Shown one piece after another: positions 1-9,904 of a DNA stretch of 50,274 nucleotides; the first letter of the stretch is position 1, and the number at the start of each line of letters is the position of its first letter. The notes beneath the pieces were generated by a model. The model was given only the letters and a program-made list of their open reading frames with translations. It did no database searches and was not told the origin of the DNA. The DNA comes from an uncultured Opitutales bacterium (lineage in GTDB: Bacteria; Verrucomicrobiota; Verrucomicrobiia; Opitutales; Oceanipulchritudinaceae). The stretch covers positions 1 through 50,274 of the forward strand of contig CAJXMX010000001.1 in assembly GCA_913056355.1 (NCBI GenBank), read 5' to 3'. Made by a program: the position numbers and the translations under genes.

Positions 1-304
<304 letters not shown>

Positions 305-457
305 AAAAACTTTCAGATCGTTGAAGATCCATCAAATATTTCGGACCCTCTAAACGTCTGAACCACCGATAAATCGGCGGCGACGTCCTAGGTATAAATT
401 AGGACACATAAACAAAGGATTGATCGGTTCTATGACCTACCAATCACACTTAGTAAC

Positions 458-469
458 TTTCAAAGAACG
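458..469 (-). promoter_or_regulatory. boxA-like antitermination element in the rRNA leader
   Basis: Minus strand CGTTCTTTGAAA resembles rrn boxA (TGCTCTTTAACA) and lies between the putative promoter and the 16S start. Confidence 0.55.
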
Positions 470-498
470 TTGCGCTTTCCTGAGCGCGAAAGCCCTCC

Positions 499-560
499 AA
501 AAAGGGAGTTTCCGGAAAGCTCGTCAAGACTTTTGGCGAACTTTTTTCAGAAAAATTTTT
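499..560 (-). promoter_or_regulatory. Putative rRNA operon promoter with AT-rich UP element
   Basis: Minus strand TTGACG (527-522), a 17-nt spacer and a weak -10 CTTTTT (504-499), with A/T tracts upstream (531-560). Confidence 0.5.
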
Positions 561-785
561 GAGGGCTGAAAAGAACGGTTTTTCCAACTAGGGAAAGACG
601 ATCATCATGCAATTCCTGAGAATCGGCGGTCAACTAAAATCTGAAAGAAATTCTGATTTTTCTCACGGGCCCAAATCACGATGGAAGGGGGTCCCGGGAA
701 GGCCGGATGAATCGACTTTTATAGAACGGAAAGTGGGCCAAAGAAGCAGGCTGGGAAAATCTGGCAAGTCTTTTTGGAGAAAAAG

Positions 786-1241
786 TTAAAACTTTCCGAA
801 CTGGGCCAGGAAAGCATCCCTCCAATGGTAATGTTCCAGGAGCCCTGCGGTATCCCTTCCCTGCAGCAACCGTGCGGCATAGAGGGCCTCGACGGAGGCC
901 AAGCCGCGGGCGGGATCGGTGGAGATCTTGCTGATCCGGGGGTAGGCGGTACGGAGGCTGGCGGGCAGGGAACGGGGGATGGGATGGCCGGTCAGGCAGG
1001 CCTGGAGGGAAGGCAGGAGGCGCCAGGTGCTGTCCAGAAGGAGCAGAGGAAGGCCGGCATCCTCGTTGGAGAGGACCGGGGCATCGATGGCCAGGAGGAC
1101 ATAACCGGTAGCATCGAAGCGGAGATCCGGGCGGGCCTTGATGAAACGCAGGTCGGGGCGGTCCCGGAGGGGCTGGAGGCTGCACTTGGAGAGGCGCTCC
1201 TTGGGATGGCGGACAATGACATCCTTGAGGGAGGGGCTCAT
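786..1241 (-). CDS. Tsr3/DTW-like aminocarboxypropyltransferase family protein
   Basis: Motifs HPKE..SKCS, LLDSTW, RSLP, LASVEALYAA and LLEHYHWRDAFL parallel Tsr3 (KRCS, [DE]CSW, RLLP, LxCVEALAA, LLSHFSWG..FL). ATGA overlap with cmk. Confidence 0.7.
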   Translation of the reverse strand: MSPSLKDVIVRHPKERLSKCSLQPLRDRPDLRFIKARPDLRFDATGYVLLAIDAPVLSNEDAGLPLLLLDSTWRLLPSLQACLTGHPIPRSLPASLRTAYPRISKISTDPARGLASVEALYAARLLQGRDTAGLLEHYHWRDAFLAQFGKF

Positions 1242-1915
1242 GAAGGGCGGAGGTTGTCCGGGAAGAGCCCGGCCACCCGGTCCACGACCTCGTCCAGGGA
1301 AAGGCTGCTGTTGTCGATGATGACGGCGTCTGAGGCCGGCTTGAGGGGGGCGGTGGCGCGGGAGGAATCCTTGCGGTCGCGATCGGAAACGGTTTCCGAG
1401 GCGCCTTCCAGTTCGCGCCGTTTCTGCCGGGTGGCCTCGTCGGCGGTAAGGAAGATTTTCAGGTCGGCGTCGGGCAGGATAACGGTCCCGATATCGCGTC
1501 CGTCCATGATGATGCCGGAGAAGCCGCGGGAACGGGCCAGTTCGACCTGGCCACGCTGGTAGGCCTTGACGGACTGGCGGACCAGGGGTTCGGCGGCGAA
1601 GCCGGAGACAATGGCGTTGACGGCTTCCGAGCGCAGGTCCTCCAGCCGGGGCGGTTCCCCGTCGTCGAGACAGACCAGGCTTTCGTGGCCGTCGACCCTG
1701 GCGCCGAGCCGGAGCCGGCGCAGGAAGTCCCGCAGGCCTTCAAGGTCATGGGGGTCAATACCGGCGCGGTGGCAGGCCAGGGCCACGGCGCGGTAATGGG
1801 CCCCGGTGTCGACATGGAGGAGGTTGAAGCGCCGGGCCAGTTCCCGGGAAGTGGAGGACTTGCCGGAGGCGGCGCCCCCATCGACGGCGATGACGAGAAA
1901 AGGTCGCTTGGTCAT
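1238..1915 (-). CDS. cmk: Cytidylate kinase
   Basis: IAVDGGAASGKSS P-loop, VDTGAHYR and MDGRDIGTVILPDADLKIFLTA. Start placed at ATG 1915 (alternative 1930). Confidence 0.95.
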   Translation of the reverse strand: MTKRPFLVIAVDGGAASGKSSTSRELARRFNLLHVDTGAHYRAVALACHRAGIDPHDLEGLRDFLRRLRLGARVDGHESLVCLDDGEPPRLEDLRSEAVNAIVSGFAAEPLVRQSVKAYQRGQVELARSRGFSGIIMDGRDIGTVILPDADLKIFLTADEATRQKRRELEGASETVSDRDRKDSSRATAPLKPASDAVIIDNSSLSLDEVVDRVAGLFPDNLRPS

Positions 1916-1919
1916 GGGA

Positions 1920-3260
1920 TTATTTGTCATGAGAATTTCGATACAATTCCCCCAGCCTCGAGAAGAAGGCGGGAAAGGTTTTCCCGCAGCAGGCGGGATC
2001 GGCGATGCCCAGCCAGGGTTGCGGACCGAAGCGATTGCTGCAGCCCGTGATGGCAAAGGACATGGCCACCCGGTGGTCGTGATAGGTCCGGATGATGGCG
2101 GGATCGTCCCACCGCTTGTCCCGGGCCAGGGGATGCACGGTCAGGGATCCCGGTTCCTCTTTCACTTGAACCCCGAGCCGTATCAGCTCGGTGGCCATGG
2201 CGGCGATCCGGTCGGTCTCCTGGTGCCGGGTGTGGGCGATTCCGGAAATGCTCACCGGGAAGGGCAAGAGCGGGGCGATGGCGGCCAGGGTCAGGAAAGT
2301 GTCGGAGAAGGTCTCGAAATCAAACTGCATTCCATCGGAAGGAGGAATGGTACCGAGGCGGCAGGTCCACCCGCCAGGGTCCTCTTCAACGACCAGTCCA
2401 AGGGACTCGAGGATCCGGGCGAAAGCGATATCCCCCTGGAGCATGTCACGGGACAATCCCTCCAGGCGCACGCCCCCCCCGACCACCAGAGGCAGGGCCA
2501 TGAAGTAGCTGGCGGCGCTGGCATCCGGCTCAACCGCAAAGATCCCTCCATCAGGGACCCGGTACACCTGCCTGCCATCGACAAGGTAGCCCTTGGCGGG
2601 TGTTCCCTCGATTCCGGCCTGAAACTGTCGCATCAGGCCGGCCGTCATCCCGACAAAGGCCGGACGCACCCCGGGCGCGGACAAGCGGACGTTACCGCCG
2701 GTCATGGGAGCGACCATCATCAGGGCGGAAAGCATCTGGCTGCTGGCGCCGGCATCGACTTGCCAGTGGCCGGGTGGCAATCCGGCCGTCCGGACCGTAA
2801 AGGGAAAACGCCCGGGCCGGTCGTGAAAACTGAACCGGGCCCCGAGGGACTCGAGCGCTTCCAGAAGGCCGCCCATGGGCCGCCGGCGCATTTCCTCATC
2901 GCCGTCGAAGTCAAATTCGCCACCGGGATGGAGGCAGACCAGGGCGGTCAGAAACCGGGCGGCGGTTCCGGCGTTGCCGACAAAGAGCCTGGCACGTGAT
3001 TGGGGAATCCGCCCCCCCTCCCCTTCGACCTGGATCGATTCGGAGGCTTCGTCCGCCAGGACCCGGAACCCGAGGGCCTGGAGACCGGCGACCAGGATGC
3101 GGGAATCCCGGCTGAAAAGGGCGCCCGTGAGGCGAACCCGGCCGGAGGTCAGGGCGGAAACCAGCAGGGCCCGGTTGGTCAGGCTCTTCGAGCCCGGCAG
3201 GCGGACGGTTCCCCGGCAAGGCGCCGTCCAGGGCTGGACTGGATACGGATCCGGAAGCAT
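1920..3260 (-). CDS. aroA: 3-phosphoshikimate 1-carboxyvinyltransferase (EPSP synthase)
   Basis: LPGSKSLTNR, GNAGTAARF, SSQMLSALM, RHQETDR and DHRVAMSF. Start at ATG 3260 (MLPDPYP). Confidence 0.96.
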   Translation of the reverse strand: MLPDPYPVQPWTAPCRGTVRLPGSKSLTNRALLVSALTSGRVRLTGALFSRDSRILVAGLQALGFRVLADEASESIQVEGEGGRIPQSRARLFVGNAGTAARFLTALVCLHPGGEFDFDGDEEMRRRPMGGLLEALESLGARFSFHDRPGRFPFTVRTAGLPPGHWQVDAGASSQMLSALMMVAPMTGGNVRLSAPGVRPAFVGMTAGLMRQFQAGIEGTPAKGYLVDGRQVYRVPDGGIFAVEPDASAASYFMALPLVVGGGVRLEGLSRDMLQGDIAFARILESLGLVVEEDPGGWTCRLGTIPPSDGMQFDFETFSDTFLTLAAIAPLLPFPVSISGIAHTRHQETDRIAAMATELIRLGVQVKEEPGSLTVHPLARDKRWDDPAIIRTYHDHRVAMSFAITGCSNRFGPQPWLGIADPACCGKTFPAFFSRLGELYRNSHDK

Positions 3261-4105
3261 TAATCCAATCCTTCCCGATAGGCCTTGCCATGGTCCAGGA
3301 GGTGGCGGACCTGGGCCCATTCCCCGTTGTGCAGGTGGCCCCGCAGGCGGGCCAGCTCGGCCTCGAAGCCGTCGACCGCCCGGAGCAGCTCCTCCTTGTT
3401 CTCCTCGAAAATGGACCTCCAGATTTCGCTGCTGCCGGCGGCGATGCGCGTCGTGTCCCGCAATCCGTTGCCGCTGTAGGCCTGCCAGGCGGGGGGTTGG
3501 CGGCTGAGGTAGAGACACAGGGTGGAAGCGAGCAGGTGCGGCAGGTGGCTGATGTTGGCCACGATCTCGTCATGAACCTCCGGGGAGACGGTGGTCACCT
3601 CCATGCCCAGGGCTTTCCAGAAGCGGACCAGGGCGTCGACCGGTTCCGCCGGAGTGTCTTCCAGGGGAGTGACCAGGCAGGCCCGCTGGAGAAAGAGGCT
3701 TTCCGAGGCATGCCGCATGCCGCTTTTCTCCGATCCGGCCATGGGATGGGAACCGATAAAGTGGACGCCCCCGGGGACACTCCGGGCGGCCAGGCGGCAG
3801 ATCCGGCTCTTGGTGCTGCCGACATCGGTCACGAGCGCGCCTGCCTCCAGGTTGGCGGCAATTTCACGAACCATGCCGACGATGGTATCCACCGGGGTGC
3901 AGACAATGACCAGGTCGCTGCCCCGGACCGCTTCCGCAGGATCGGCGAAGACGGCATCACACCATGCGGAAGTCCGGCAGGACTCCCGGCTTTCCGCGCG
4001 CCTGGCCCAGACATGGATACGGCCGGTCAGTGAATAATGCCGGGCCGCCATGCCCAGGGACGCCCCCAGCAAGCCCGGGGCCAAAATGGTCATTTGTCTA
4101 AACAC
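3260..4105 (-). CDS. tyrA: Prephenate/arogenate dehydrogenase
   Basis: GLLGAS Rossmann motif, TDVGSTK, HPMAGSE, HDEIVA.ISHLPH and GLRDTTRIA. Start uncertain (GTG 4105 or ATG 4093). Confidence 0.92.
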   Translation of the reverse strand: MFRQMTILAPGLLGASLGMAARHYSLTGRIHVWARRAESRESCRTSAWCDAVFADPAEAVRGSDLVIVCTPVDTIVGMVREIAANLEAGALVTDVGSTKSRICRLAARSVPGGVHFIGSHPMAGSEKSGMRHASESLFLQRACLVTPLEDTPAEPVDALVRFWKALGMEVTTVSPEVHDEIVANISHLPHLLASTLCLYLSRQPPAWQAYSGNGLRDTTRIAAGSSEIWRSIFEENKEELLRAVDGFEAELARLRGHLHNGEWAQVRHLLDHGKAYREGLD

Positions 4106-4263
4106 GAGATCCTGTATGGGGAATCGGGCCCCATCTGAAAAACCAATTTTTGCCAATCCTTCAATCAGGGGATTTTCCAGCCGTTCGGGGTTGGGATTGC
4201 CTTTTCCCGGAGAATGCGAAGGGTCGGACCCGATTTACCCCGTTCCCAAGCGATTTCGAGTTC

Positions 4264-6039
4264 ATGAAATTCCTCTACAAGTACGGTACCCGAACCAATG
4301 AAGTCCGACGCGCCAAGCGGGAGCTTTACTTTCGGCTGGCCATGGTCCTGGCAGTCCTGGTCTTTTTCGCGGTCATGGTCCTGGTGGCCAAGTTCAGGCC
4401 GCGCCTTGAACCGGAAGAAGAAGCAGCCTTGCCGGACGCGGCCAACGTCGGGGATCCCATGGCCAATCCGCGCCTTATCGAGATGCGCAAGCACGTCGAC
4501 CAGCTGCTGGCGGAATTCCTGGTCCGGACGGAAACCCAGCCGGTGGCGCCGGAGGACCTCGAACTGCTGGAGCAGGCCATCGAGGAGCAACGCCAGGTCA
4601 TCCGCTTCCGGGGGAGCGAAATCGCACCCAAGAGCGACCTGGATCGGATGGAGGAAATCCAGACCCTTTACGACAACGAGGTCGGCGGCTTCCTGATGGC
4701 CCAGTCCCGCCGGCTGGAGGAGGAGGCCGACCGGTCCTGGGAGGATCAGGACATCGAGGCCGCCGTCGACCAGATCAGCCGGGCCATCAACCTGCAGGAG
4801 GAAATCAACGACGACCATCCCAAGTCCAAGGACCGGGACCCGACCCGCCTTTATGAATTGAAGAACCGGAAGCTGGCCTGGCAGACCGAGCCCATGGCCG
4901 GGGAGGCCGACCGCCTCAAGGAGAAGGCCTACCAGCAGGTCCAGGACCGCCAGTACGATGAGGCCCGGCAAAGCATCGCCCGGGCCCTGACCCTGCAAAA
5001 AAACCTGAACCGCGATTTCCGCAATTCCCGTCTGGCTTCCATTTCCCGCCTGAAGCAGTTCGAGGAAGCCAGCCGCTTCGTCAACACCGCGGAGGACGTC
5101 CACAGCGTCGAGATTCTGGTCCGTGAAGGGAGGGCGGCCCTTGAGGCCGGGGATGCCGATGAAGCCCTGGCCAAGGCTGAAAGAGCCGTTGCCCTCCAGA
5201 ACAAGGTCATCGCCGCCAGCCCCGGGCATGAGGCGGACCTGCGGATGCGGTTGGCTGAAATCGAGCGGTTGCGGGAGACCGCGGCCAGTCTGCCGACCTA
5301 CCAGAGGATACAGGATCTCCGCCGGATAACCCGCGAGGCCCTGCTGGCCCGCGATGCGGAAGCCTTCCGGCAGTCGGTCGGGGAATGGCAGCGCCAGGCC
5401 GCCTACATGGAGCAGGCCTTTCCCAGGAGCGAAATGATGGACGACCTGGACCAGCCTGAAATCGCCTTCCTCAGTACCAACCAGGAGGAAATCCCCGCCA
5501 TCCTGGAGATTGTCCACGACAACCTTCTTCCGGTGCCCGGCCAGCCCGGCCTCCTCCTCTACCGGACCGAGGTGCCCCAGGTCCTGTACAGCCAGATAAC
5601 AGGCGCCAATCCCTCCAACGTGCGGCTCCCGTCCAATCCCATCGAGTCCGTGACCTGGGTGGAAGCCAACCAGTTCATGAAGCGACTGGGCTGGATACTG
5701 GCTCGTCCCGTCAGCTTGCCGACCCGGGACGTCTACCAGAGCGCGATCGGCGAGGTCCGGATGGGTGAGCTGTCGGACCAGGCCTGGTCGATGGAAAACA
5801 GCAACCGGGAACCCCGGCCGGTCGGGACCTCAACCCCAAATCCGGCAGGATTCTACGACCTGTTGGGCAACGTATCGGAATGGCTGGCCAACGCGGGGGA
5901 GGATGGCCAGGCCGTGGCCATCGGGGGCAGTGCCCGGGACGCCCGGATCCGTCTCAACACGGTTCCCGAGGAGACGCGCTCGACCACCGAGCGCAACCGT
6001 TTTGTCGGCTTCCGCTTCATGGTGCAAACGGGCCGGTGA
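4264..6039 (+). CDS. Membrane-anchored protein with helical repeats and a C-terminal FGE-sulfatase (SUMF1-like) domain
   Basis: N-terminal TM helix (LAMVLAVLVFFAVMVLV) and a long helical region, then TEV.Q..Y, P(I)ESVTW.EA, PVG...PNPAGFYDLLGNVSEW and GFRF. Confidence 0.8.
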   Translation: MKFLYKYGTRTNEVRRAKRELYFRLAMVLAVLVFFAVMVLVAKFRPRLEPEEEAALPDAANVGDPMANPRLIEMRKHVDQLLAEFLVRTETQPVAPEDLELLEQAIEEQRQVIRFRGSEIAPKSDLDRMEEIQTLYDNEVGGFLMAQSRRLEEEADRSWEDQDIEAAVDQISRAINLQEEINDDHPKSKDRDPTRLYELKNRKLAWQTEPMAGEADRLKEKAYQQVQDRQYDEARQSIARALTLQKNLNRDFRNSRLASISRLKQFEEASRFVNTAEDVHSVEILVREGRAALEAGDADEALAKAERAVALQNKVIAASPGHEADLRMRLAEIERLRETAASLPTYQRIQDLRRITREALLARDAEAFRQSVGEWQRQAAYMEQAFPRSEMMDDLDQPEIAFLSTNQEEIPAILEIVHDNLLPVPGQPGLLLYRTEVPQVLYSQITGANPSNVRLPSNPIESVTWVEANQFMKRLGWILARPVSLPTRDVYQSAIGEVRMGELSDQAWSMENSNREPRPVGTSTPNPAGFYDLLGNVSEWLANAGEDGQAVAIGGSARDARIRLNTVPEETRSTTERNRFVGFRFMVQTGR

Positions 6040-6088
6040 AATGCTCCACAATTTTGAAACATTTTTCGGAAAACATGTCTATAAGAGT

Positions 6089-6589
6089 ATGAATACCAGA
6101 AAATTCCTCGCTGTTTTTGTCTCTTTGATCCCCCTCGGCCTGTTCGCCGGCCAGATCAACTTCGAGTTTGAGGGTGTCGAAGACTACACCGATTTATCAA
6201 TCAGCGGTCTCTCTGAAGAACGGACCCTTCCCCTCCTCGAGGCCGAACTGGAAGACCAGATTCCGGCCTGGACGAAGAAGTACGTCGGCGAGGACCAGGT
6301 CCTGACCATCCATGTCCTTGATATCGACATGGCCGGCGATATCCAGCCCTGGCGCAACCGCTACAATGCGGATATCCGGTACGTGGAGGCGGTCTATCCT
6401 CCGCGGCTGAAACTTCGCTATACCCTGGCCGACGCGGACGGAAATATCATCCAGGAGGGAGAGGACTCCATTTCCGACCTCGGCTTCCAGCAGAGTACCG
6501 TCACTGCCATGCGCATGAGGCACCAGAACTTCGCCTACGAGATGGAGCTTTTTTCGGACTGGTTCCGGAGAACCTTCCGCAGCAAGTAG
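6089..6589 (+). CDS. Exported protein, DUF3016-like
   Basis: Signal peptide MNTRKFLAVFVSLIPLGLFA; motifs YTD, LDIDMAG, DIRYVEAVYPPRLKL. The ORF-track start at 5765 overlaps the upstream gene. Confidence 0.7.
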   Translation: MNTRKFLAVFVSLIPLGLFAGQINFEFEGVEDYTDLSISGLSEERTLPLLEAELEDQIPAWTKKYVGEDQVLTIHVLDIDMAGDIQPWRNRYNADIRYVEAVYPPRLKLRYTLADADGNIIQEGEDSISDLGFQQSTVTAMRMRHQNFAYEMELFSDWFRRTFRSK

Positions 6590-6593
6590 ACCG

Positions 6594-7154
6594 TCAAAGG
6601 CCCTCCGGCGTTCCCGGCCATTCGGAAGCCAGGATGCTGTAGACTTCCAGGTCCAGGAAGTGGTCGTACAACCACTCCGCCTCACGCTGGACGCCCTCGA
6701 AGGTGAACCCCAGGGACTGGGGAATGCGCTTACTGGCCTTGTTGCCGGTGGCACAGCGCACGTAGACCCGGTTCATGCCCTCCTCCCGGATCGCGAAATC
6801 AACACAGGCGGCCACACATTTGCGCATGATGCCGCGGCGGCAGAAATCCCTAGCCAGCCAGTAACCGAGGCTGGTCACCCGGTTGGTCCGGTCGAATCCG
6901 TGAAACCCGATCATTCCGGCCAGCTGGCCGGTGAAGCGAATCCCGAAGGAGACCGCCATTTCCTGGCGGAAAGCCTCATAGCTGGAGCTGAGGAACCGGC
7001 GGGTGTCCTCCGGCACCTTGGTGTCATCCACCCAGGGCAGCCATTGGCGGAGGTGGTCCCGGTTCTGGTGGACCAGGGAATAGAGCTGCCCGGCCTCGCT
7101 GGGATGCAAGACCTTCAGGCTCAGTTCGGGGGATACGGTAATCAGCGACTTCAC
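6594..7154 (-). CDS. GNAT acetyltransferase, RimJ/RimL family
   Basis: NRDHLRQWLPW, LGYWL...RRGIM and N.AS..IP..LGF..EG..R. Start uncertain (GTG 7154 or ATG 7229). Confidence 0.88.
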   Translation of the reverse strand: MKSLITVSPELSLKVLHPSEAGQLYSLVHQNRDHLRQWLPWVDDTKVPEDTRRFLSSSYEAFRQEMAVSFGIRFTGQLAGMIGFHGFDRTNRVTSLGYWLARDFCRRGIMRKCVAACVDFAIREEGMNRVYVRCATGNKASKRIPQSLGFTFEGVQREAEWLYDHFLDLEVYSILASEWPGTPEGL

Positions 7155-7270
7155 CAAATGGCTGCAGCTTGAAGGGAACGGAGCCGGATGACCATCGTAT
7201 TTTCTGGCCAGTAATGTGGCAGTTGCCATCGTTTCAGGAATAATCGGCCTGCAGGCCTTTCACAACAAAG

Positions 7271-9382
7271 ATGAACCTGAAGCCCACCCAGTGGATCCCC
7301 GGAGCCCTGCTGCTCCTGTTCCCGCTCCTGGCCTCCGCCCAGAGCAGCCCCGTCCAGAAGGACCAGCACGTCGCCGCCCGGTTGATCGGGGAGATGTCCC
7401 ACATCCAGCCGGGAGTACCCTACCGGGTGGGATTACTCCTGCAGCACGATCCGGGCTGGCATACCTACTGGAAGTCCAGCACCACCGGTTATGGCACCTC
7501 CATCGAGTGGAATCTTCCCGGGGGATTCACCGTCTCCGAGCTCGCCTGGCCGGGCCCGGAGGTATACAATTCCTCCGACATCATCGACTTTGTCTACAAG
7601 GACGAGGTCCTGTTGACGGCGGTCATCACCCCGCCCGAAACCATCCGGGAAGACCAGGTCGAGATCGGATTTACCGCCGACTGGCTGATGTGCGAAAAGG
7701 TCTGTATCCCGGGCGGGGTCAGTTCCTCCCTTGCCGTTCCCGTGGCAACAGATCCGGCCCGCCCCTCCGCGGAGTGGAAATCCTGGTTTGAGCGGACAGA
7801 CGCCGCGGCTCCGTCGGAGGATCTGCCTTTCGCGGTCAACATCTGGACCCGGGGAGAGCGGCTCGTTCTTGAGGTCAGCGGGGACAGCCTGCCGGAGGCC
7901 TTGTATTTCTTCAGCGATCAGGCCCTGGTGGAGCCCGCTCCGGATGCGGAAAAAATTCCCGGGGATGCGCGGAACCACCGCCTCGAGTTCCCGCTCAATG
8001 CCGGATTGTCCTCCTTGCCCGAAAAGGCAACGGGGCTTCTTTATGCGCCGGGCGATAGCCGGGAAAGCGCGGGCACCTACTGGAAAATCGCCCAACCCAT
8101 CGCATCCGGTCCGCCGCCTGAATCCGCCGCCACCGCGCCAGCCGCGCGGATCAGCCTCTTCGTTCTCCTGCTGGCCTTTGCCGGCGGCCTGATCCTCAAC
8201 CTCATGCCCTGCGTGTTCCCGGTCCTCGGGATCAAGATCATGGGCTTCGTCAACCAGGCCGGTGAATCCCGCGGCAAGATCGTGGCCCACGGCCTGACCT
8301 TTACCGCCGGGGTCCTCATCTCCTTCTGGACCCTGGCGGGCGTGCTGCTGGCCCTGCGGAGCGGCGGCAGCCAGCTCGGTTGGGGATTCCAGCTGCAGTC
8401 CCCCGGTTTCGTCGCGGTTCTGGCCTTTCTTCTCTTTGCCTTTGCCCTCAACATGAGCGGGCTCTTCGAGGTGGGCCAGTCAGCCGTGGGCGTGGGCTCC
8501 GGGCTGACCGCCAGGGGCGGTCTCGCCGGTTCCTTCTTCAGCGGTGTCCTGGCCACCGTCGTGGCCACCCCCTGCGCCGCTCCGTTCCTGGCCCCCGCGC
8601 TGGGAGCCGCCCTGGCCCTGCCGCCGGTGTCCTCCATCCTGGTCTTCACCCTGATCGCGCTGGGCCTGTCCACACCCTACCTCCTCTTGTCGATTTTTCC
8701 GGGCATGCTCCGCTTCCTCCCCCGCCCGGGCCCCTGGATGGAAACCTTCAAGCAGTTCATGGGCTTCCTCCTTTATGCCACCGTGGCCTACCTGGTCTGG
8801 GTCCTGGCCGGCCAACTGACGGATGCCGGCGGCTATTCAGCATTCAGCCTGCTGAAGGTGCTGCTGGGACTGGTCCTGCTCGCCCTGGCCCTCTGGATCT
8901 ATGGCCGATGGGGGGCCTATCACCGCCCCAGCAAAAGCAAGTACACCGCCTACGTGGTTGCGGCCCTGCTGGCCGGCGCCTCGCTCTGGACCGCCTTCTC
9001 CGGGACCCGGGCGGAGGCCTCCGGGGCGCAGGCCCTCAACTGGGAAAAATGGGAACCCGGCAAGGCCGAATCGCTGGCCCGGGAGGGATCCATCGTCTAT
9101 GTCGACTTTACGGCCCGCTGGTGCGTGACCTGCCAGACCAACAAGGCGGCGGTCTTCAGTTCCGGAAAAGTCCGCGACAAACTGCGCGAGCTGGACGTGG
9201 TGCTCCTCAAGGCGGACTGGACCCATCAGGATCCGGAAATCAGCCAGGCCCTGGCCTCATTTGGCCGCTCGGCCGTGCCCTTTAACCTTATCTACGGGGA
9301 GGACGCCGACCCGGAAATCTTGCCCGAGATATTGACCCCATCCATCGTCCTGGAGGCCCTTGAGAAGGCTCAAGGCCGATAA
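7271..9382 (+). CDS. dsbD: Thiol:disulfide interchange protein, DsbD/ScsB type
   Basis: Signal peptide; N-domain GWHTYW and CEKVC; TM domain LNLMPCVFP and TPCAAP; C-terminal thioredoxin WCVTC. Confidence 0.92.
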   Translation: MNLKPTQWIPGALLLLFPLLASAQSSPVQKDQHVAARLIGEMSHIQPGVPYRVGLLLQHDPGWHTYWKSSTTGYGTSIEWNLPGGFTVSELAWPGPEVYNSSDIIDFVYKDEVLLTAVITPPETIREDQVEIGFTADWLMCEKVCIPGGVSSSLAVPVATDPARPSAEWKSWFERTDAAAPSEDLPFAVNIWTRGERLVLEVSGDSLPEALYFFSDQALVEPAPDAEKIPGDARNHRLEFPLNAGLSSLPEKATGLLYAPGDSRESAGTYWKIAQPIASGPPPESAATAPAARISLFVLLLAFAGGLILNLMPCVFPVLGIKIMGFVNQAGESRGKIVAHGLTFTAGVLISFWTLAGVLLALRSGGSQLGWGFQLQSPGFVAVLAFLLFAFALNMSGLFEVGQSAVGVGSGLTARGGLAGSFFSGVLATVVATPCAAPFLAPALGAALALPPVSSILVFTLIALGLSTPYLLLSIFPGMLRFLPRPGPWMETFKQFMGFLLYATVAYLVWVLAGQLTDAGGYSAFSLLKVLLGLVLLALALWIYGRWGAYHRPSKSKYTAYVVAALLAGASLWTAFSGTRAEASGAQALNWEKWEPGKAESLAREGSIVYVDFTARWCVTCQTNKAAVFSSGKVRDKLRELDVVLLKADWTHQDPEISQALASFGRSAVPFNLIYGEDADPEILPEILTPSIVLEALEKAQGR

Positions 9383-9466
9383 TTTACATTTCCTTAATAG
9401 ACCAGCGCCAGCTCTTGCTTGCCAAGCTCCCCGAGCGCTTCATGCTGGACGGACTGATTCAAGCCC

Positions 9467-9850
9467 ATGTCAGAGTCCATTGAAAAAATCATCGAGGTCG
9501 CGCCCGGGCAGACCATTCTCGAACAAGGAGAGGAAGGCTCGGGGTTCTTTGTCCTGAAGTCCGGCACTCTTGAAGTCTTCAAGGATGATGTCCTCCTGGC
9601 GGTCATCATGTATCCCGGAACCATCTTTGGTGAAATGGGAGATATCCTGGGAAGGCCACGGACCTGCACCGTGAAAGCCAAGAACGCTTCCAAAATCGCG
9701 CTTTACCAGTTTGAATCGCTGGATGCCCTGGTCCGCTCGAATCCGGAAATCGCCGTCAAGTTGATCCGGACCCTGGCCAGCCGGCTGGACCGGACCACCC
9801 AAAAGCTGATCGATACCGCCCGGGAAAATCCCCTCTGGTCGACGAAATAA
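9467..9850 (+). CDS. Stand-alone cyclic-nucleotide-binding domain protein
   Basis: G..ILEQGE, G.IFGEM and PRTCTVKA cNMP-domain pattern; no HTH. Confidence 0.85.
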   Translation: MSESIEKIIEVAPGQTILEQGEEGSGFFVLKSGTLEVFKDDVLLAVIMYPGTIFGEMGDILGRPRTCTVKAKNASKIALYQFESLDALVRSNPEIAVKLIRTLASRLDRTTQKLIDTARENPLWSTK

Positions 9851-9904
9851 GCCGCTGAACCGGCCCTGTTTGCAATTTGGGGGGAGGCATGCGAAACTGG
9901 TGCA

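Noticed and set aside
3261-3518. N-terminal extensions given by the ORF track for aroA (and likewise hflX, ureD, ureJ, yehW and the DUF3016-like gene)
   Set aside because: They mostly overlap neighbouring genes or promoter regions and are low-complexity; downstream starts match the family N-termini.
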